Source of the DNA: Owenia fusiformis
Taxonomy: Eukaryota
Assembly (NCBI GenBank): GCA_903813345.2
Contig: CAIIXF020000001.1
Location: 27,590,001-27,654,000 of the forward strand
Direction of reading: 5' to 3'
Length of the DNA stretch: 64,000 nt
Part shown: positions 1 to 13,574 of the stretch, in pieces
How the letters are laid out: each line of letters begins with the position of its first letter
Position numbering within the stretch: the stretch's first letter is position 1
Program-made: the position numbers and the translations under genes
Notes under the pieces: generated by a model
Databases searched by the model: none
What the model was told of the DNA's origin: nothing
The model's input: the letters and a program-made list of their open reading frames with translations, nothing else

Positions 1-3000
1 TAAAAGTGAAGCAACTTTTTTTCTGATATTCCTTACATCAAATGGCAGCCATCTTGTTTTTCCCCCTTCAAATTAAACTGGCGGGAAATTCAAAAATTTG
101 AAAATTTTTTATTATCCTTAAATATATTTCAAAAATTTGATTTTCTTTTTAATTCTTCTTGGGTCTTAAGTTATTTCTTCTTTGTATGTCATACATGTTG
201 CCATTAGTGTTCTTTTCTATGACAATGACTATTTTTTGGTTTGTTAAGATACTTATTCTGGCTCTCAGCAGGAGGTTAATTATGCATCAAAACTTGTGAA
301 AAAGTAAATATACTTATCAAATATAACTAGGACAGTAATAAAAACCATATTTCACATACATTTGACTGAGGGACCAAAAGGGCATATACCCGGACACATC
401 CTTTACGAATTTGTGTACAATTGTTCTGTCTGAAAGAAATTATTTTTATATAATGTATGGAAACGTATTAAACATATTAAATAACCAGCAATGACATTAG
501 TTTTGTGATAATAACATCCCTTATAAGTATTTATTACAGGTCATGTAGACCTTTTTTGCGTGATTAAGAACAAAAACATTGACATTTGCTCGTTGGTGAC
601 GATGCACCTTTTTTAATTGATCTCGTATCTTAGAACGGTGTCAGTTCTCCAAGAAGACCTTACATATTAAACGTGTCTTGCGCCTGTTCTTTAGTAATTC
701 AATTGTGCACTTTCTCTTGAAAAAATAAATCTTTCAGATTTGTTGAATTTTCTCGCAGAAATCGCCTACTCCCTCTCTATCCATTTTGTCTGCTTACCAG
801 GTGTGATTGTGATTGGTGGTTGGCAGCTGTAACAAATGGCATGTGGTTACATTTTGCATGTTAATGTCTTGTTTCATTTGTATCTTGCTCATATTTTAGT
901 ACAACTTTTAGTACAACTTCATAGTTTACAGATCGTTTTTTCACGATAAGTACACCTCGATCATTGGATATCCAAAATACATGTAGCCTCAACAATGGGC
1001 TAAGACCTTAGAGTATCAATTATGCCAAAATTTCTACTTGATTTCTACAATGGTATTAATTTTGTAACTTTAACAAATGGCATTATTTTGCTTAAACGTT
1101 TGCAGCACAACATTTTTCTGTATTAATGTTTCCTAAAAACCAAACTGTACAGATTTGAACTGAAACATACTGACCGATGCCTAAGAATCAAAATACACTA
1201 CCATTTTGGTACAACGTTGAAGCCCTAATTCAATCCCTCTGACAACCTGTACAACCATTTTCTATTGGTTTCTTATTAATAATGAGTAAAAGTCAATGCA
1301 CTGAAGAAAAATGAACAAAAGAAGGAAATCTAATAATTGTTCAACAAATACAGTTGTCTGGGTGATTAACTTGGATAGAGTACCAGTAAATATTAAGTAA
1401 AGGTTTTTTAATGTTCTAATATGAAAAACGCATCAATGAATAAGACCTGGAGAAATTATTGAGGTTTAAAGTCAGATGAGAATATTCTGTGTCCAAGGAT
1501 TATATTGAATCTAAATAATATCCCTGTGTGGATTTCACAAGAGATTTTTCTCAAATTGTGGTATCATACTACAGTTATTTGAACAACCCTGATATAGAAA
1601 TGTCCGGAGCTGGTCAAATATTTGAGTCTTCACCTTTCCAAATTCTCAACAAACATATTTCACATCACTTAAAGGCACACCATTGGGTTAATGATTTGGA
1701 CACCATTACACTTAAAATGTTAAATAATCCACCATAGTACACGGAATTCATTACAAAAAATGGCCCTTATGATTTTGGATGGAACAAATCGTGAATTTTA
1801 TTTTAGTGGATCTGTGAACCATTTAAAACATTTTTATCCGCATGTACAAAGTTCTAGAGCTGTTTTTGGGGAGAAAATTGATTTTGTACCCCCTACCCAT
1901 AATTTTCAGAGGGGTAAAATTTCAAAAAATTATAATAAAATAATCCTCCTTGATTCTGGGGAATCTTATGTTGCCACAACCTAAATATGTTATATTTTAG
2001 GCTTATAAGTTATTTTAACGATGTCTTCCTAAAGAAAAGTATGGTTTTAACCCTTTGATGTCCAAATATAGACATTCTTTAAGTTCTATGTTAATTACAT
2101 TTTATTGTATATCTTCTCTTCCAAGATGGTTCTAGAACTGAAATAAAATCAAGGACAAATTTGGTTTATGCTTCAATACATGTAAACATTTTTGAGTTCA
2201 TACAGGATTTTCTAGATAAGAAAAAAAATAACAAAATATCTGGCCTGTGGTTATGGAGGGGGGGGGGGGTAAGTAGACATCAATGTCAAATTAAGGCATA
2301 CTGTCATACTAGTTATATTTTGTGCATTAGTTGTATCAGTATTGATGAAATTACTATGTTGCATTGTATTTTATTGCCTGCAGGTGACAGTTCAGGCTCA
2401 AAAGTGCTGATTCAGCATATTTTATTATATCAGTGTCAAAGTTCGAAATCTTGTTTGAAACTATTCAATAGCACAATTGTAGATTGAGCAAATATTTTGA
2501 TTTTTACATTTTATGTTGCTGGAAAAAGATGTAACAGATCTTTAACTTACAATGAAATATCTTTATCCATATACAAGAAAATGCAATTGGTAGAAAAAGT
2601 TCACATTTTGCTTCATTTCTTTTATTAAAATGCTTATCTTATTTGATTTGATTTGAAAACTATATTTATTCTGAGTAGCTCTATCAGTACAAAACTGGTC
2701 TTCCTAGAGGCCCAGTAATAATTTATACTTATTGTGGTAGCTACAAACAAGTAATGTATATCCATTAAGCACATTTGATAACAAAGCACATCTATAAACA
2801 CTTTGTGACATTGAAAGTATTAGATATAATTCTAAACAAACTTTGTTAAGTTTTTTTCAATAATTGATTAGAGCCCTACTGGGACCCCAGATTAACAACT
2901 GCCAAACACCAACCACTGAACACCACCCACAAAAATATAAAAGATTTTAACAATATGTCATCACAAGTGGTAGTGACATTTAACATGGCAATATAGTTAA

Positions 3001-4176
3001 TTGTTTGAAGAGCACCTACAAACTACACATGGTATTATAATATGTAGATTTTATTATTACACACTATTAACCCTTAAATGGTTTTTGAGGTCCCCATAGT
3101 TCATTCTTTGCAATAATTAATAATTATATCAGAAATAATCATTCTATCAACAGGAAATTCCATCTTATCCTCAATTAATCCAATTCCTTTCAGATAAAAC
3201 AAACCAAATGTAAATCGCATGATGACTTTTGTGCTACCTGAGACCACAGAACATCACTATCACCAAAAGATATTCAATTCATACAGGGTTATATACTAAC
3301 AACTACGAAATGATACAAAATGCTAAAACACCTGTACCCTTATGATAAGGTTTTCACATATTTTCTTGCATTCATGATAAATAATGCATACATATTCTAA
3401 AAGGTAATTGATTAAACTATGTAGAACTGAAGTCAGAATGAAAAAAGCTCCTCTGGTTGCAAAGTTATTGCGAAATACCCCAAAAACCTTGAGAGGGTAC
3501 AAAAAAAAGACCAATTAAGGTTTAACTTGCTCTATATGAGATAGGTAAAGGTGATGGGGTTCAGATGAGCAAATAACATCTTCTGCTGATATTAAACAAT
3601 CTAGCTGCTTATCCTTGAACATTTGAAATCAAAAATCATAACAGTAACAATAACAATAAGTGTTAAAGCTGATTGAGATGGAATTCCTGCCAAAAGAATA
3701 CTAAGTGCTTCAAAAAGAGTCAGTGATAATAGGCAGTCAAAAAGAATATGCTCTTTTAAATAGCCTGAACTGTAAATTTTTTATGGTAGGGATGAGGGGC
3801 ATTAGACATTGTTTCCCATTCACGTTGGATTATGGTATTGGATAGTTGGGGTTTGTTTTCCTTATGACTGGTCTACTCTTAAATTTCTTCTTTTTTCTGC
3901 TGGGTTCTGGAACAATTGGTCCTTTCTCTTTGACACTTTATAGGGTTATACAGAATGGAGAACTTGATAAGAAATATGAGACCAAAAAATGACCTCAATA
4001 ACAGTCGTAAAATTATCATTCATAAAATTATCATTCAAGGGTGTGACTGCTCGTTTAACAAATATTTGGAGACTTTTGACTAGTGATGTGAAGATATTCA
4101 CAGGTGACACAGCACATAGTAACAGGAGAGAAAAGCCAGCATAATTGCATCCAAGGTGTGTTATTATCACTTTAGA

Positions 4177-5391
4177 TTATTATCCCATCGAACGAAGTTC
4201 AGGGGGATATAGGGAACGCCTCCGTCCGTCCGTCCGTCCGTCCGTACGTACGTCCGTCCGTCCGTACGTACGTCCGTCTGTCCGTCCGTCCGTGCAATAA
4301 CTCAAATACCGTTGGCCCGATTTTGTTCATATTTTGTACACATATACCCTATGGGGGTAGAAGTTCTGCTCGAAAGCCGATTTTCAAAATGGCCACTCAT
4401 TTCAAAATGGCGGCCATTTTAGTGCCGATTTTACAGTAATTTAGGTGCAATAAGTAAAACTGTAATAGCAATATGTTTTAAATGTAAAAAATTATAAAGG
4501 ACATTAATAATGCTACAAATGTAGATATTAAAGAAGCACATGGCAGCCATCTTAAAAAATGGCGACCTTTACTCGTCATTTTACGATTTTTGCTGTAACT
4601 CAAAAAATAGTGGAGCGATTTTGTTCATATTTGGTATGTGAATACTATAAGCATTGCACACTGTCTAAAGACACTTTTCGTAGAAGGCGGCCATTTTGAA
4701 AAATGGCCGCCATTTTGAAAAATGGCCGCCATTTTAACGTATTTTACTATAACTCGAAAAGTCGTGGAGCGATTTTGTTCATATTTGGTATGTGACTACT
4801 ATAAGCATGGCACACTGTCCTATGACACTTTTGGTAGAAGGCGGCCATTTTGAAAAAAAATTTGAAAATGGCCGCCATTTTAATGTATTTTACTATAACT
4901 CGAAACTCGAAAGTCGTGGAGCGATTTTGTTCATATTTGGTATGTGACTACTATGAGCATGGCACACTGTCCTATGACACTTTTGGTAGAAGGCGGCCAT
5001 TTTGAAAAGAATTTTGAAAAATGGCTGCCTTTTTAACATATTTTACTATAACTCGAAAAGTAGTAGAGCGATTTTGTTCATATTTGATATGTGAATACTT
5101 TAAGCATGGCATATTGTCTAATAAAACTTTGGGGAGTAGTCGGCCATTTTGAAAAATGGCCACCATTTTTATGTGTGTTATTTTACAAGTATGTGTGCGA
5201 TTTTTCAAAAAATTTAGAGGTGGCTACTTAAAAGCATATTATTTCTTCTGATGATAACTTGGCTAGTGAGCAACCATTTTAAAAATGGTGGCCTTTCTGG
5301 TGTGTTGTTTTATGATATTTGCTATTCATCTGTAAAAATGCCAGCCATTTCTGTTCGATGGGATTCGCTACGCTTTGGCGTTGCCGTTGTT
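4177..5391 (+). mobile_element. Non-autonomous Helentron/HINE (DINE-1-like) element
   Basis: 5' subterminal IR ATCCCATCGAAC (~4182) pairs with GTTCGATGGGAT (~5353), followed by a short 3' stem-loop; (GTCC)n microsatellite at 4220-4292; central ~170-180-bp tandem units rich in AAAATGGC/GCCATTTT; inserted at TT with no TSD. Confidence 0.8.
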
Positions 5392-5715
5392 CTGGTTCTA
5401 GTATGTAATCCCATTGCCTGAATAAACAAAACAAAATGTAAATGATAATTCCAATGAATCCCAGTATGATTATATAAGGTAAACATCAAATCAATAGCTT
5501 CTATTAATAGAGGATCAAAAATTAATTGGTTCTGTGAAGATTTTCATGGGTGACACACCCCACATTCATACCATTTGGTCATTTGAAGTAGTCCTATTTA
5601 GCAATCAAAAATCAGGACACAACTTAGATCTAAGCACCATTATCAGAAAAAAGTCAGGCCATCCCCCCCAACTAGCTATATCCAATGCTTTTATACTTAT
5701 CCCTCAAAACCAAGA

Positions 5716-6740
5716 GTGGAGTTTGAGACAGGAAAGTTGCAAACACACCATCAACATATTTCGCCTGAGATTTGTCTGCTTTTCAGTCCTTTCCGCACCT
5801 GTTTTTTAATGTTTGTTTCATCAATATGTTGCGTTTTGGGACTCAGTTATCCTCTTAAAAGAAAAAATGCATTCAATCAGGGGTTTTAAAGATGTCAATT
5901 GTGGGTGACCAAAATTAAGCTGAAAACAATGGATTGCATGAGTTTTCCCTATGGGATATGGGAAAATACCATGGGAAATATTGTTTTCCACTTTATCCCA
6001 AAGGAATGCATTTTTCCTTTAAAGAGTTAACACTGTCTCAAAACATAACATACAGGGTGTCCCGAAAGTATCCCCCCTAGGCAGACATATTCCATTGTCT
6101 TCATGTATCATATCATTTATCCAAAGTTACATTGATTCAGCAAGTATCATGGTTCAACTCTCAAATGTGACAAAATTACAGGCATTTCAATTTTTAGTGT
6201 TTGGCCAAAATTCAATTCAATTGAACACCAAATCACTAGTCAATGTGTCCTCCAGGGCCATCTTAACAGCAGCAATTCTTTTCGGGTTGGATGGATATTG
6301 AGTTGGAAAAAGAGACGGTGAGGGTTGATACTCCAAGGAAACTCTTCAAAAGTGCCTTAAAAGATTTTAAGAGGATTGCAAAATTCCACACCCTGTAGAG
6401 CTTTTATGGTCCTATCTGAAAAGAATTGCTGCTGATAACATGACCAAGGGAGGACTCATTGACTTGTAATGGGGTGTGAAATTGAACTTTATTTTGGCCA
6501 AACACTAAATTTTAAAATGACTGTCACTTTTTCCCATTTGAGAGTTGAATCATAATTCTTGGCAATTCAATGTAACTTTGGATGAGCTTTAAAATGATAT
6601 ATGACATACTATGATGACACTGGTATATGTCTGCCTAGGGGGGGGGGGCAAACTTTTAGGATAACCTGTAAAATGATACATCAAACATTGAAAAAACATG
6701 TTGGTGGGATGTTTGCACCTTCCCTGTCTCAAGTTCAAAT
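5716..6740. mobile_element. Degenerate foldback MITE, interrupted by a Tc1/mariner MITE
   Basis: TTTGAGACAGGAAAGTTGCAAACA at ~5722 is inverted at ~6711-6735 (TGTTTGCACCTTCCCTGTCTCAAG); the inner arms 5825-5880 and 5995-6050 are also inverted. Confidence 0.55.
6053..6668. mobile_element. Tc1/mariner-type MITE (copy 1)
   Basis: TA|CAGGGTGTCC...CCTAGGCAGACATAT at the left end and ATATGTCTGCCTAGG...ACCTG|TA at the right end; long imperfect arms; related copy at 46437-47057. Confidence 0.8.
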
Positions 6741-8494
6741 CTTTTTATCATCTCTATGAGTGCTTATCCTGGAGTTAATGCATTGGTCTAACATATGCTC
6801 CTGTTTAAAACCTCAGAAATAGCCCAAATCCAACTTTTGAATGTCTGAAGCCTGTTGTGATACTTTCTGTGTGTTTTTCTAATTCATCTATGCAATTGCA
6901 TATTCTTTTATATGGATGACAATATTTTAGTGAAACTTTAGTATTTAGTCAATAATTCTTCTAATGTAATATGATGTATAAGCTAAAACTATTGCTCTTT
7001 TGTCAAGTGAACCATTAGACAGTTCTCAACATAATGTCAAACTCAGACTCAGAAATGTTAAAATGTGCCGAATCAGCACTTTTGAAAGTGATTCATAAAA
7101 TATCAACAATCAAATTTTGCATGTCCTGAGGTACCCTACATGGATCTTAAGTCAATTTGAATATTGATGATATGCTTAGATATATGACTTGCTAGATTTT
7201 ATCAATTTTCAATGGTACCCCTTTCAATCCTGGAAGAAGCACCAGTGTGCTAAAGAATTTTTTATTCTATTCATACTTAATATTTTTTATCATGATTTTG
7301 CATGGGTATTAGGAATAGCCTCCAAATCATCTGTGATTTTTTACAGTAAAAAATATCAAGGAATTAAAAAAATGTTGATTCTTTTAGAAAGCGTTTGTCT
7401 ATTAGACATTTCAAAATATTGGTTGTCAAAGGGTTAAAAAGAGACTTTTAAGTTAAATTCAGCTCAAATATTTTTTTTGAGTGTGACGTATTCTTTGTAA
7501 TCATCAAATTTATCATAAAATTGCCTAATATCTAAAAATTTGGATAGCTATGATTTTTTTCATTTTTGACCCCCTCCCCGAAAATGGCTGAGGGGTATAA
7601 CATGACATTTTTCCAAAATGAGGCTTGTACATCTTCGTACAGGCAACTAAAATTGCTTGAAATACCATACAGAACCACCCCACAAAGTTTCACGATTTGT
7701 TCCATCAAAAATTATAAGAAACATGAATTCCGTGTACTACCATTACAATGTAATTTCACCAGCACACTGTTATATGTACTTTTATAATAAATCATTAGAC
7801 TTCAATTACAGCATTTAAAAAGAACAGCTGTTCATTATTTTTATAATTTATTGCTTCACAATTGTTTTTTAAAAGTAATCGACTGAGAATACTCAAGCAA
7901 AATGGCAAGAAACTATGTCTATTTGTATAGTATCACTTGGCTTTCTGATGGTTCTGTTATATAGCACAGTAAAATCGACTAAAATGTATGTCCTTGAAGT
8001 TGGAACCAACTGATATATGTTAACATCGAGAGACATATGTCAACATTAAGAAACATATGTTAACATTAAGAGACACTCACATTTCAACTTATCACAGCTT
8101 ATTTCATTAGAAACTGAACTTGAAATGGTTCATAATTTGAGACTTATAAGTATTGTGTTCACATACATGTTAACAGGTTTTACTGTATCAAGACCATTTG
8201 CCATTATTATTTATATTCATTTAATATAAATTATTTTTCATAGAATATATAATAGATTACACATATATTATCTTTACGCTTCTTGAGCATGAACTTTAGA
8301 GATATAGCAATAATATTTTTTATCCCCTTATTCACAAACAACCAAGAGGCAAGTAAACATTATCGTCCTTTGTTAAATGTTATCGTAAGTTTAACTTAAA
8401 GACAGATGATAATATTCATGCGATTTACGTAAAAAAGTGATATGTCGATATATCCTTATTTTCACTTAGACTTATAAATCACCAATTTTTGTAG

Positions 8495-9871
8495 TCATAT
8501 ATCAAGGGACTTATAACTAATGCACTTGACATGAGCACTTTTCAAATTAGCAAGGTCATATGTTGAAGATACAAATGCAAGGTTATCATGAGCAGTATGA
8601 AGTCTTGTGATATTTGTTAGAGGCGACGCTTCCTGTTTTTTAATTGGTTTTTTGATTGCTTTACAATTGCACATTTGATGCAATCGTCTTCGAAAAGTTG
8701 GATGAAAGATACAATAAAGATAGAAATTGACCGTTGAGTTGAAAACTAAAAGACTTTCCTTGATGCCCAAAAATGGAATCAAAATGTTGTCTGGGACATA
8801 GAATTCATTGTTGCTTCCAATAATTGCTGATATAAAGTCTGGTGTTTGACAAATGATTACAACTGTAATCATGATGACAAGGTTTAAGGTGATGTTTGTG
8901 TTATGATTTGAATGCCTTCCAGCTGTCCCTGTCTGCCCCACAGCTGTCCTGGCTTGACTCACAGCTATCCCTGTCTGCCTTACAGCTGTCCCTGTCTGCC
9001 TTACAGCTGTTACTGTTTGACTCACATCTGTCCCTGTTTGTCTCACAGCTGTCCCTGTATCATGCACCATGCATGTCAATGTGCGTTGTAATTTCTTTGA
9101 TTTTTTAATTTCATGCACCAGTTTTATATTCAGGATAATCATTGTTATAATAGGGATTGAAAATAGAAATATAAATGCCAGAATAATATGGTAGATGAAC
9201 CTGTAAAGGTCTTCATTCCAGCCATTCAAAGTGACTTCCCCTGAAAGATGAGACACAAATGTGGCATTTGGTAATCCGCCTGAATTAAATGCTACATATT
9301 GATAATGGATCCATCTAGGAATGTTAAATAACACGGCTATTACAGATATCACCACCACAGTTCGCTTAGCGTTGGTATTTGTGCACATTCTATAGGCCTT
9401 AAAAGGTCTTGAAACAATTATAAATCGATCAACCGTGACAGCTGTAGCCATCCAAATAGTGCCAGTCTGTGCTGTCCAACCTACTGGTAAAACATAGGCT
9501 ATGATATAAGCACCCAAATCATAATACGACTTTAACGATCCTGTGTATGGATACACTGATCTCAATACTGTGTACAGTAAAGTATAGATTAGAAACACAA
9601 TATCAAAAACTGCCAATGCTTGTAATATAATACAGTTTGAGTTCCGTTTTGATTTTTGGAGCACTATTATAATTAATATATTCCCGATAAATCCGAACAG
9701 GCAAAATAATCCATTAATGTAGACATTGAGAATGTAATTGAATAAAGCATAGTCGTTTGTTGGAGTTGTCGCAAATGTTGTATTTAATGACTCCATTGTA
9801 GGTGTCAGATATGACATATTTGATGTCATCATTAATGTTGATGTCAGATCCGTGTTATTTGATGTCAACAT
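8495..9871 (-). CDS. Intronless class A peptide GPCR, FMRFamide-receptor-like (~458 aa)
   Basis: Seven hydrophobic segments; GFIGN in TM1, LAVFD in TM2, DRF after TM3, FNIPRW in TM4, QTP in TM6, NSTVNFYLY in TM7; S/T- and N-glycosylation-rich N-terminus. First ATG at 9871 (the ORF-track start at 9886 is TTG). Confidence 0.92.
   Translation of the reverse strand: MLTSNNTDLTSTLMMTSNMSYLTPTMESLNTTFATTPTNDYALFNYILNVYINGLFCLFGFIGNILIIIVLQKSKRNSNCIILQALAVFDIVFLIYTLLYTVLRSVYPYTGSLKSYYDLGAYIIAYVLPVGWTAQTGTIWMATAVTVDRFIIVSRPFKAYRMCTNTNAKRTVVVISVIAVLFNIPRWIHYQYVAFNSGGLPNATFVSHLSGEVTLNGWNEDLYRFIYHIILAFIFLFSIPIITMIILNIKLVHEIKKSKKLQRTLTCMVHDTGTAVRQTGTDVSQTVTAVRQTGTAVRQTGIAVSQARTAVGQTGTAGRHSNHNTNITLNLVIMITVVIICQTPDFISAIIGSNNEFYVPDNILIPFLGIKESLLVFNSTVNFYLYCIFHPTFRRRLHQMCNCKAIKKPIKKQEASPLTNITRLHTAHDNLAFVSSTYDLANLKSAHVKCISYKSLDI
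8920..9060 (-). repeat. 21-bp coding tandem repeat (TGTAVRQ-like heptads) in GPCR intracellular loop 3
   Basis: About 6-7 copies of CAGCTGTCCCTGTCTGCCTTA-like units; translation HDTGTAVRQTGTDVSQTVTAVRQTGTAVRQTGIAVSQARTAVGQTGTAG. Confidence 0.9.
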
Positions 9872-11160
9872 ACCTGGCTCAAGCAATAGCTAAAATCCCT
9901 CAATGTTCCCAAGATCAATGTAAATCCAGATTAATTATTATTTTCTGTTATACTCTGTAATTGCGACAGGCTTTAATAGCTATTAATGTCAGATCTGAGA
10001 TTCTCCGAAGTTTCACTAAGTATTATTGGCAGAGTGGCTAGTTGTAATTGTTTCAAAGGATTTCCTATATTTCACTCTCTATCACAAATCAACCTCTCCT
10101 CAATTAGTGAAGATGGATAGATTCGAAGCAGCTCTAGGTATTTTCATTTGTTCTTGGAAATGTTATCATATCTTCCCCTCTGGCTTCATTATACTGCATG
10201 CATGTTTCACTCTTATTCCCTTGTCTATTGAATAATGTGAAATTATTTTGTCATTTGACCAGTGGCATCCTATTATCTTTCATCATAAATAATTTTGTGC
10301 AATCTTGAAAATAATAAATTTAGTTAATTATCACACTGCTCTTTGTGAGCATAATTGTATCATTATGTGAGTTCTGGTCAAGATACTTAACGCGCCTTTA
10401 AGTCTTTTTACAGCAAAAAGTAAAAGTACATACAAGCTATCATCATCACCTGACAATTATTTACAATTATATAAATTGCAATGCAATATAACTCCAAAAT
10501 GTCAAAACTCCCTACAATTATTTGTTCAGTATGTTGTTCATTTATTACAAGGTTAATTAATATTTTTAGCCAAATAAGCATTGCTTTTTATGTTCATGTA
10601 GAGTATAGATATGGCCGTGAGAGTCGTACATGTAAAATTATTAATATAAAATTAATATAAATAAATATTGAGCCAATTAACACAAAACACAATACCTTGG
10701 AAAATAATGGCTAATTTAAGTTAATTAGCTACAAGAGTTTACACTTTGACATAACTGTTAATTAGCTCAATTGGATATATTATAATACCATCTCCAACTC
10801 ATCTTCTTGGGCGAAAATAAATCTCCAACTGGTGGTGTAAGCTGGGGAAGGAGGTGAGGGAAAAGAATCGAAATGTATAACTTACATTGATGTTAATGGA
10901 TTTTGTACGCACCTAGGGAGAAAACCCTCCAACTACAATCCTATCGATATCTCGTCTGAAGTCTCATCTCGTACTCTCGAGATCTGAAGCTTGATGTTTC
11001 GTTCAGTGTAACTTACCAGAAACATTTACCTGGGATAACCGGGGAATGGTCTTCTTAGGGCTTGTTCATACCTAAACCTTAACCGACTCTCACATTGCCA
11101 TAAATGAAATTATTGTCAATAATTTGAATATATCATCAATTAACTGTTGTTGGCAGGTCT

Positions 11161-11580
11161 CCAGCATTCCTATACTTTAAATGTATCTTAACAGTACCTT
11201 TTGTACTTCTTTTTGTCTATTTTAAGTTCTCCAACATTCTTATACTTTCACTGTTTCTTAACAGAACCATTTGTACTTCTTTTTGTCTATTTTAGGTTCT
11301 CCAACGTTCTGTTACTTTCACTGTTTCTTAACAGAACCTTTTGTACTTCTTTTTGTCTATTTTAAGTTCTCCAACATTCTTATACTTTCACTGTTTCATA
11401 ACAGAACCTTTTGTACCTCTTTTTGTCTATTTTAAGTTTTCCAGCATTCCTATACTTTAAATGTATCTTAGCAGTACCTTTCGTACTTCTTTTTGTCTAT
11501 TTTAAGTTCTCCAACGTTCTTATACTTTCACTGTTTCTTAACAGAACCTTTTGTACTACTTTTTGTCTTTTTTAAGTTCT
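11161..11580. repeat. 70-bp minisatellite, 6 copies
   Basis: Units start at 11161, 11231, 11301, 11371, 11441 and 11511 (CCARCRTTCYTATACTTT...TTTTGTCTATTTTAAGTTCT). Confidence 0.95.
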
Positions 11581-13574
11581 TCAATTGATTTTTATACTCT
11601 GAGTGTGATTATCTCGGCTATCTTAAAGCTGACCACATGCAATATCCTGTAATTGACTTAATGTATTTAAATCCACTACTCATAATGGTGAAACCCTGGT
11701 ATATTTCCAATATGCATGTTGAGTGACACATCAAGGTCTTATAATCCCAAATGTAATTAACTGGGTTCTGTGTTATAGTCTAAATCCTCTTGTGATTTGT
11801 TCATTTTGGCTGTAAATAGACCAGGTTTGTCATTGGCAAAATATTTACATAAATATACACGTAAATCATTCATTGTGTAAGAGTTCTGTTGTTACCCTGT
11901 GTGTACTATGAGCCTCTTAATGTAAACTAAGTTCAGCTTATAAAATATATTATAAATCAAATTCAAATTTCTGTCAATATAATGTAACCACTCGCAATAA
12001 CCATATACATGTACATGTAAAATATAACCATACATAATTACATATTTGCTGGAACTCCACCTTATAATCAACTGGGATTCACCTGATATGTGAACACACA
12101 CTGACACACATTAGTTGAGCTATTCATAAACCTTAGGAAGGGATATAAATGAAATGAAATATATTTTGGACAAAGAATAAATGGATATTTCCACATGTTG
12201 AATCTTCAGTCCATATTTGGTCAGATATATATGATTTTTTCAGATAGTGAAATAAAGATTGCGAGGGACAAGAAACAAATGAATGCGCTTTTTGAAAAGG
12301 CTGTTTCCAACATTTTACAATCTTTTCTCATTTCCACTTTAACATTGATTTTTTTTACTTAAGACCAAGCTAACAATAAAGTTGTTACATTGGGTTTACA
12401 AGGGGGAGGGAAGGAGTTAGTTGGAACATAATAGTTTTCCCAGATTTTATCTTCTATTGATTTTGTGATGTAATTCATAATTTAGCTCATTGAATGACTG
12501 AGGATTTTGTATGGGCCAGTTGACTTAATTGCTTTCAAAAACGGTAGGAATTTGAACTTTGCCCAAAATAACTGTGAACATTATAGGTTGACAAGTATAC
12601 ATGCATAGTTACATCATGGGCTCAATTAGAGTTAAAAGCCCATGGTTACATGTAGGTAATTGGTGTATACAGTTTAAAAATTAATGTTTTATTTCATTTT
12701 TGTTTGTGCCGTAAAGAAGAAACTCCAGCACATTGTCAAAATCAAGGACACTACAAAATCTTCAGTACATAATATATTGCTCGTATAAATACAATTTCAA
12801 TTAAGTTCTAAAACATGATCAGCCAATCGTTGGGTCTTTTACGCACTAATGCAGTACGATAACTTGTTTATAACAATTACAGTATTTACAATTGCTTCCT
12901 AGCCTCACATAAATTATCAATATCAGAAGTAAACAGTTTTGCATGATCGCAACCCATCTGTAAGGCAGCCATCAAGCAGCTGCTGTCACAAACTGTTTGA
13001 TTGGAGATCTTGATTTCTGATGACATTTCCTCCTATAATAATACATTCAATTTCTTCATTCCCGTCTATTTCAATCAATAATTCGATTTTAAGCTCATAT
13101 TTGATTATTATATAATGGAAAAATACTGACTCATTAAAAGTCAATATCATGTCAGATTGAACCAAATGTTATGAGAAACGAACAAATGATTTCATTCCTT
13201 GACTGAACCCCAGGATCTTGGTGACATGTCCACTATACACCAACGAGATGTGACTAATATTGCATGCTTAGTATGATAAAAGTAAAAATGCTCAGAACAT
13301 AGCAGTTGATGATATCTTATCAATTGAAGTTTGGGCCATTTTATATTACTATTCATCAAAATTAATTCATAGTTGACTTTATTTGTCAGTGAGACTTGTA
13401 CCCCCCCCCCTGCAACCAGCACCACTCCCACTAAAGGTAAAAATAAAGGTGAGAATGTGCAAAGGAAATTATAGAGCACCTTGAGATAGTGGCCACCAAT
13501 AGAAACAGACCTGGTCGAAAAGATAAACCTCTTCTTAATGATCAAACTTAAATTGTTAAATCTTTATGTTTTAG

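Noticed and set aside
1-2500. Short ORFs and possible upstream ABCA exons
   Set aside because: No ABCA-like peptide or consistent splice phase found; looks like decayed repeat and intron sequence.
2047-7437. piggyBac-like element bounded by TTAACCCTTTGA and TCAAAGGGTTAA
   Set aside because: The match is only ~12 bp with no supporting internal homology; probably ends of separate old elements.
11161-11580. CRISPR-like regular repeat
   Set aside because: Head-to-tail 70-bp units with no unique spacers, in a eukaryotic genome with no cas genes.
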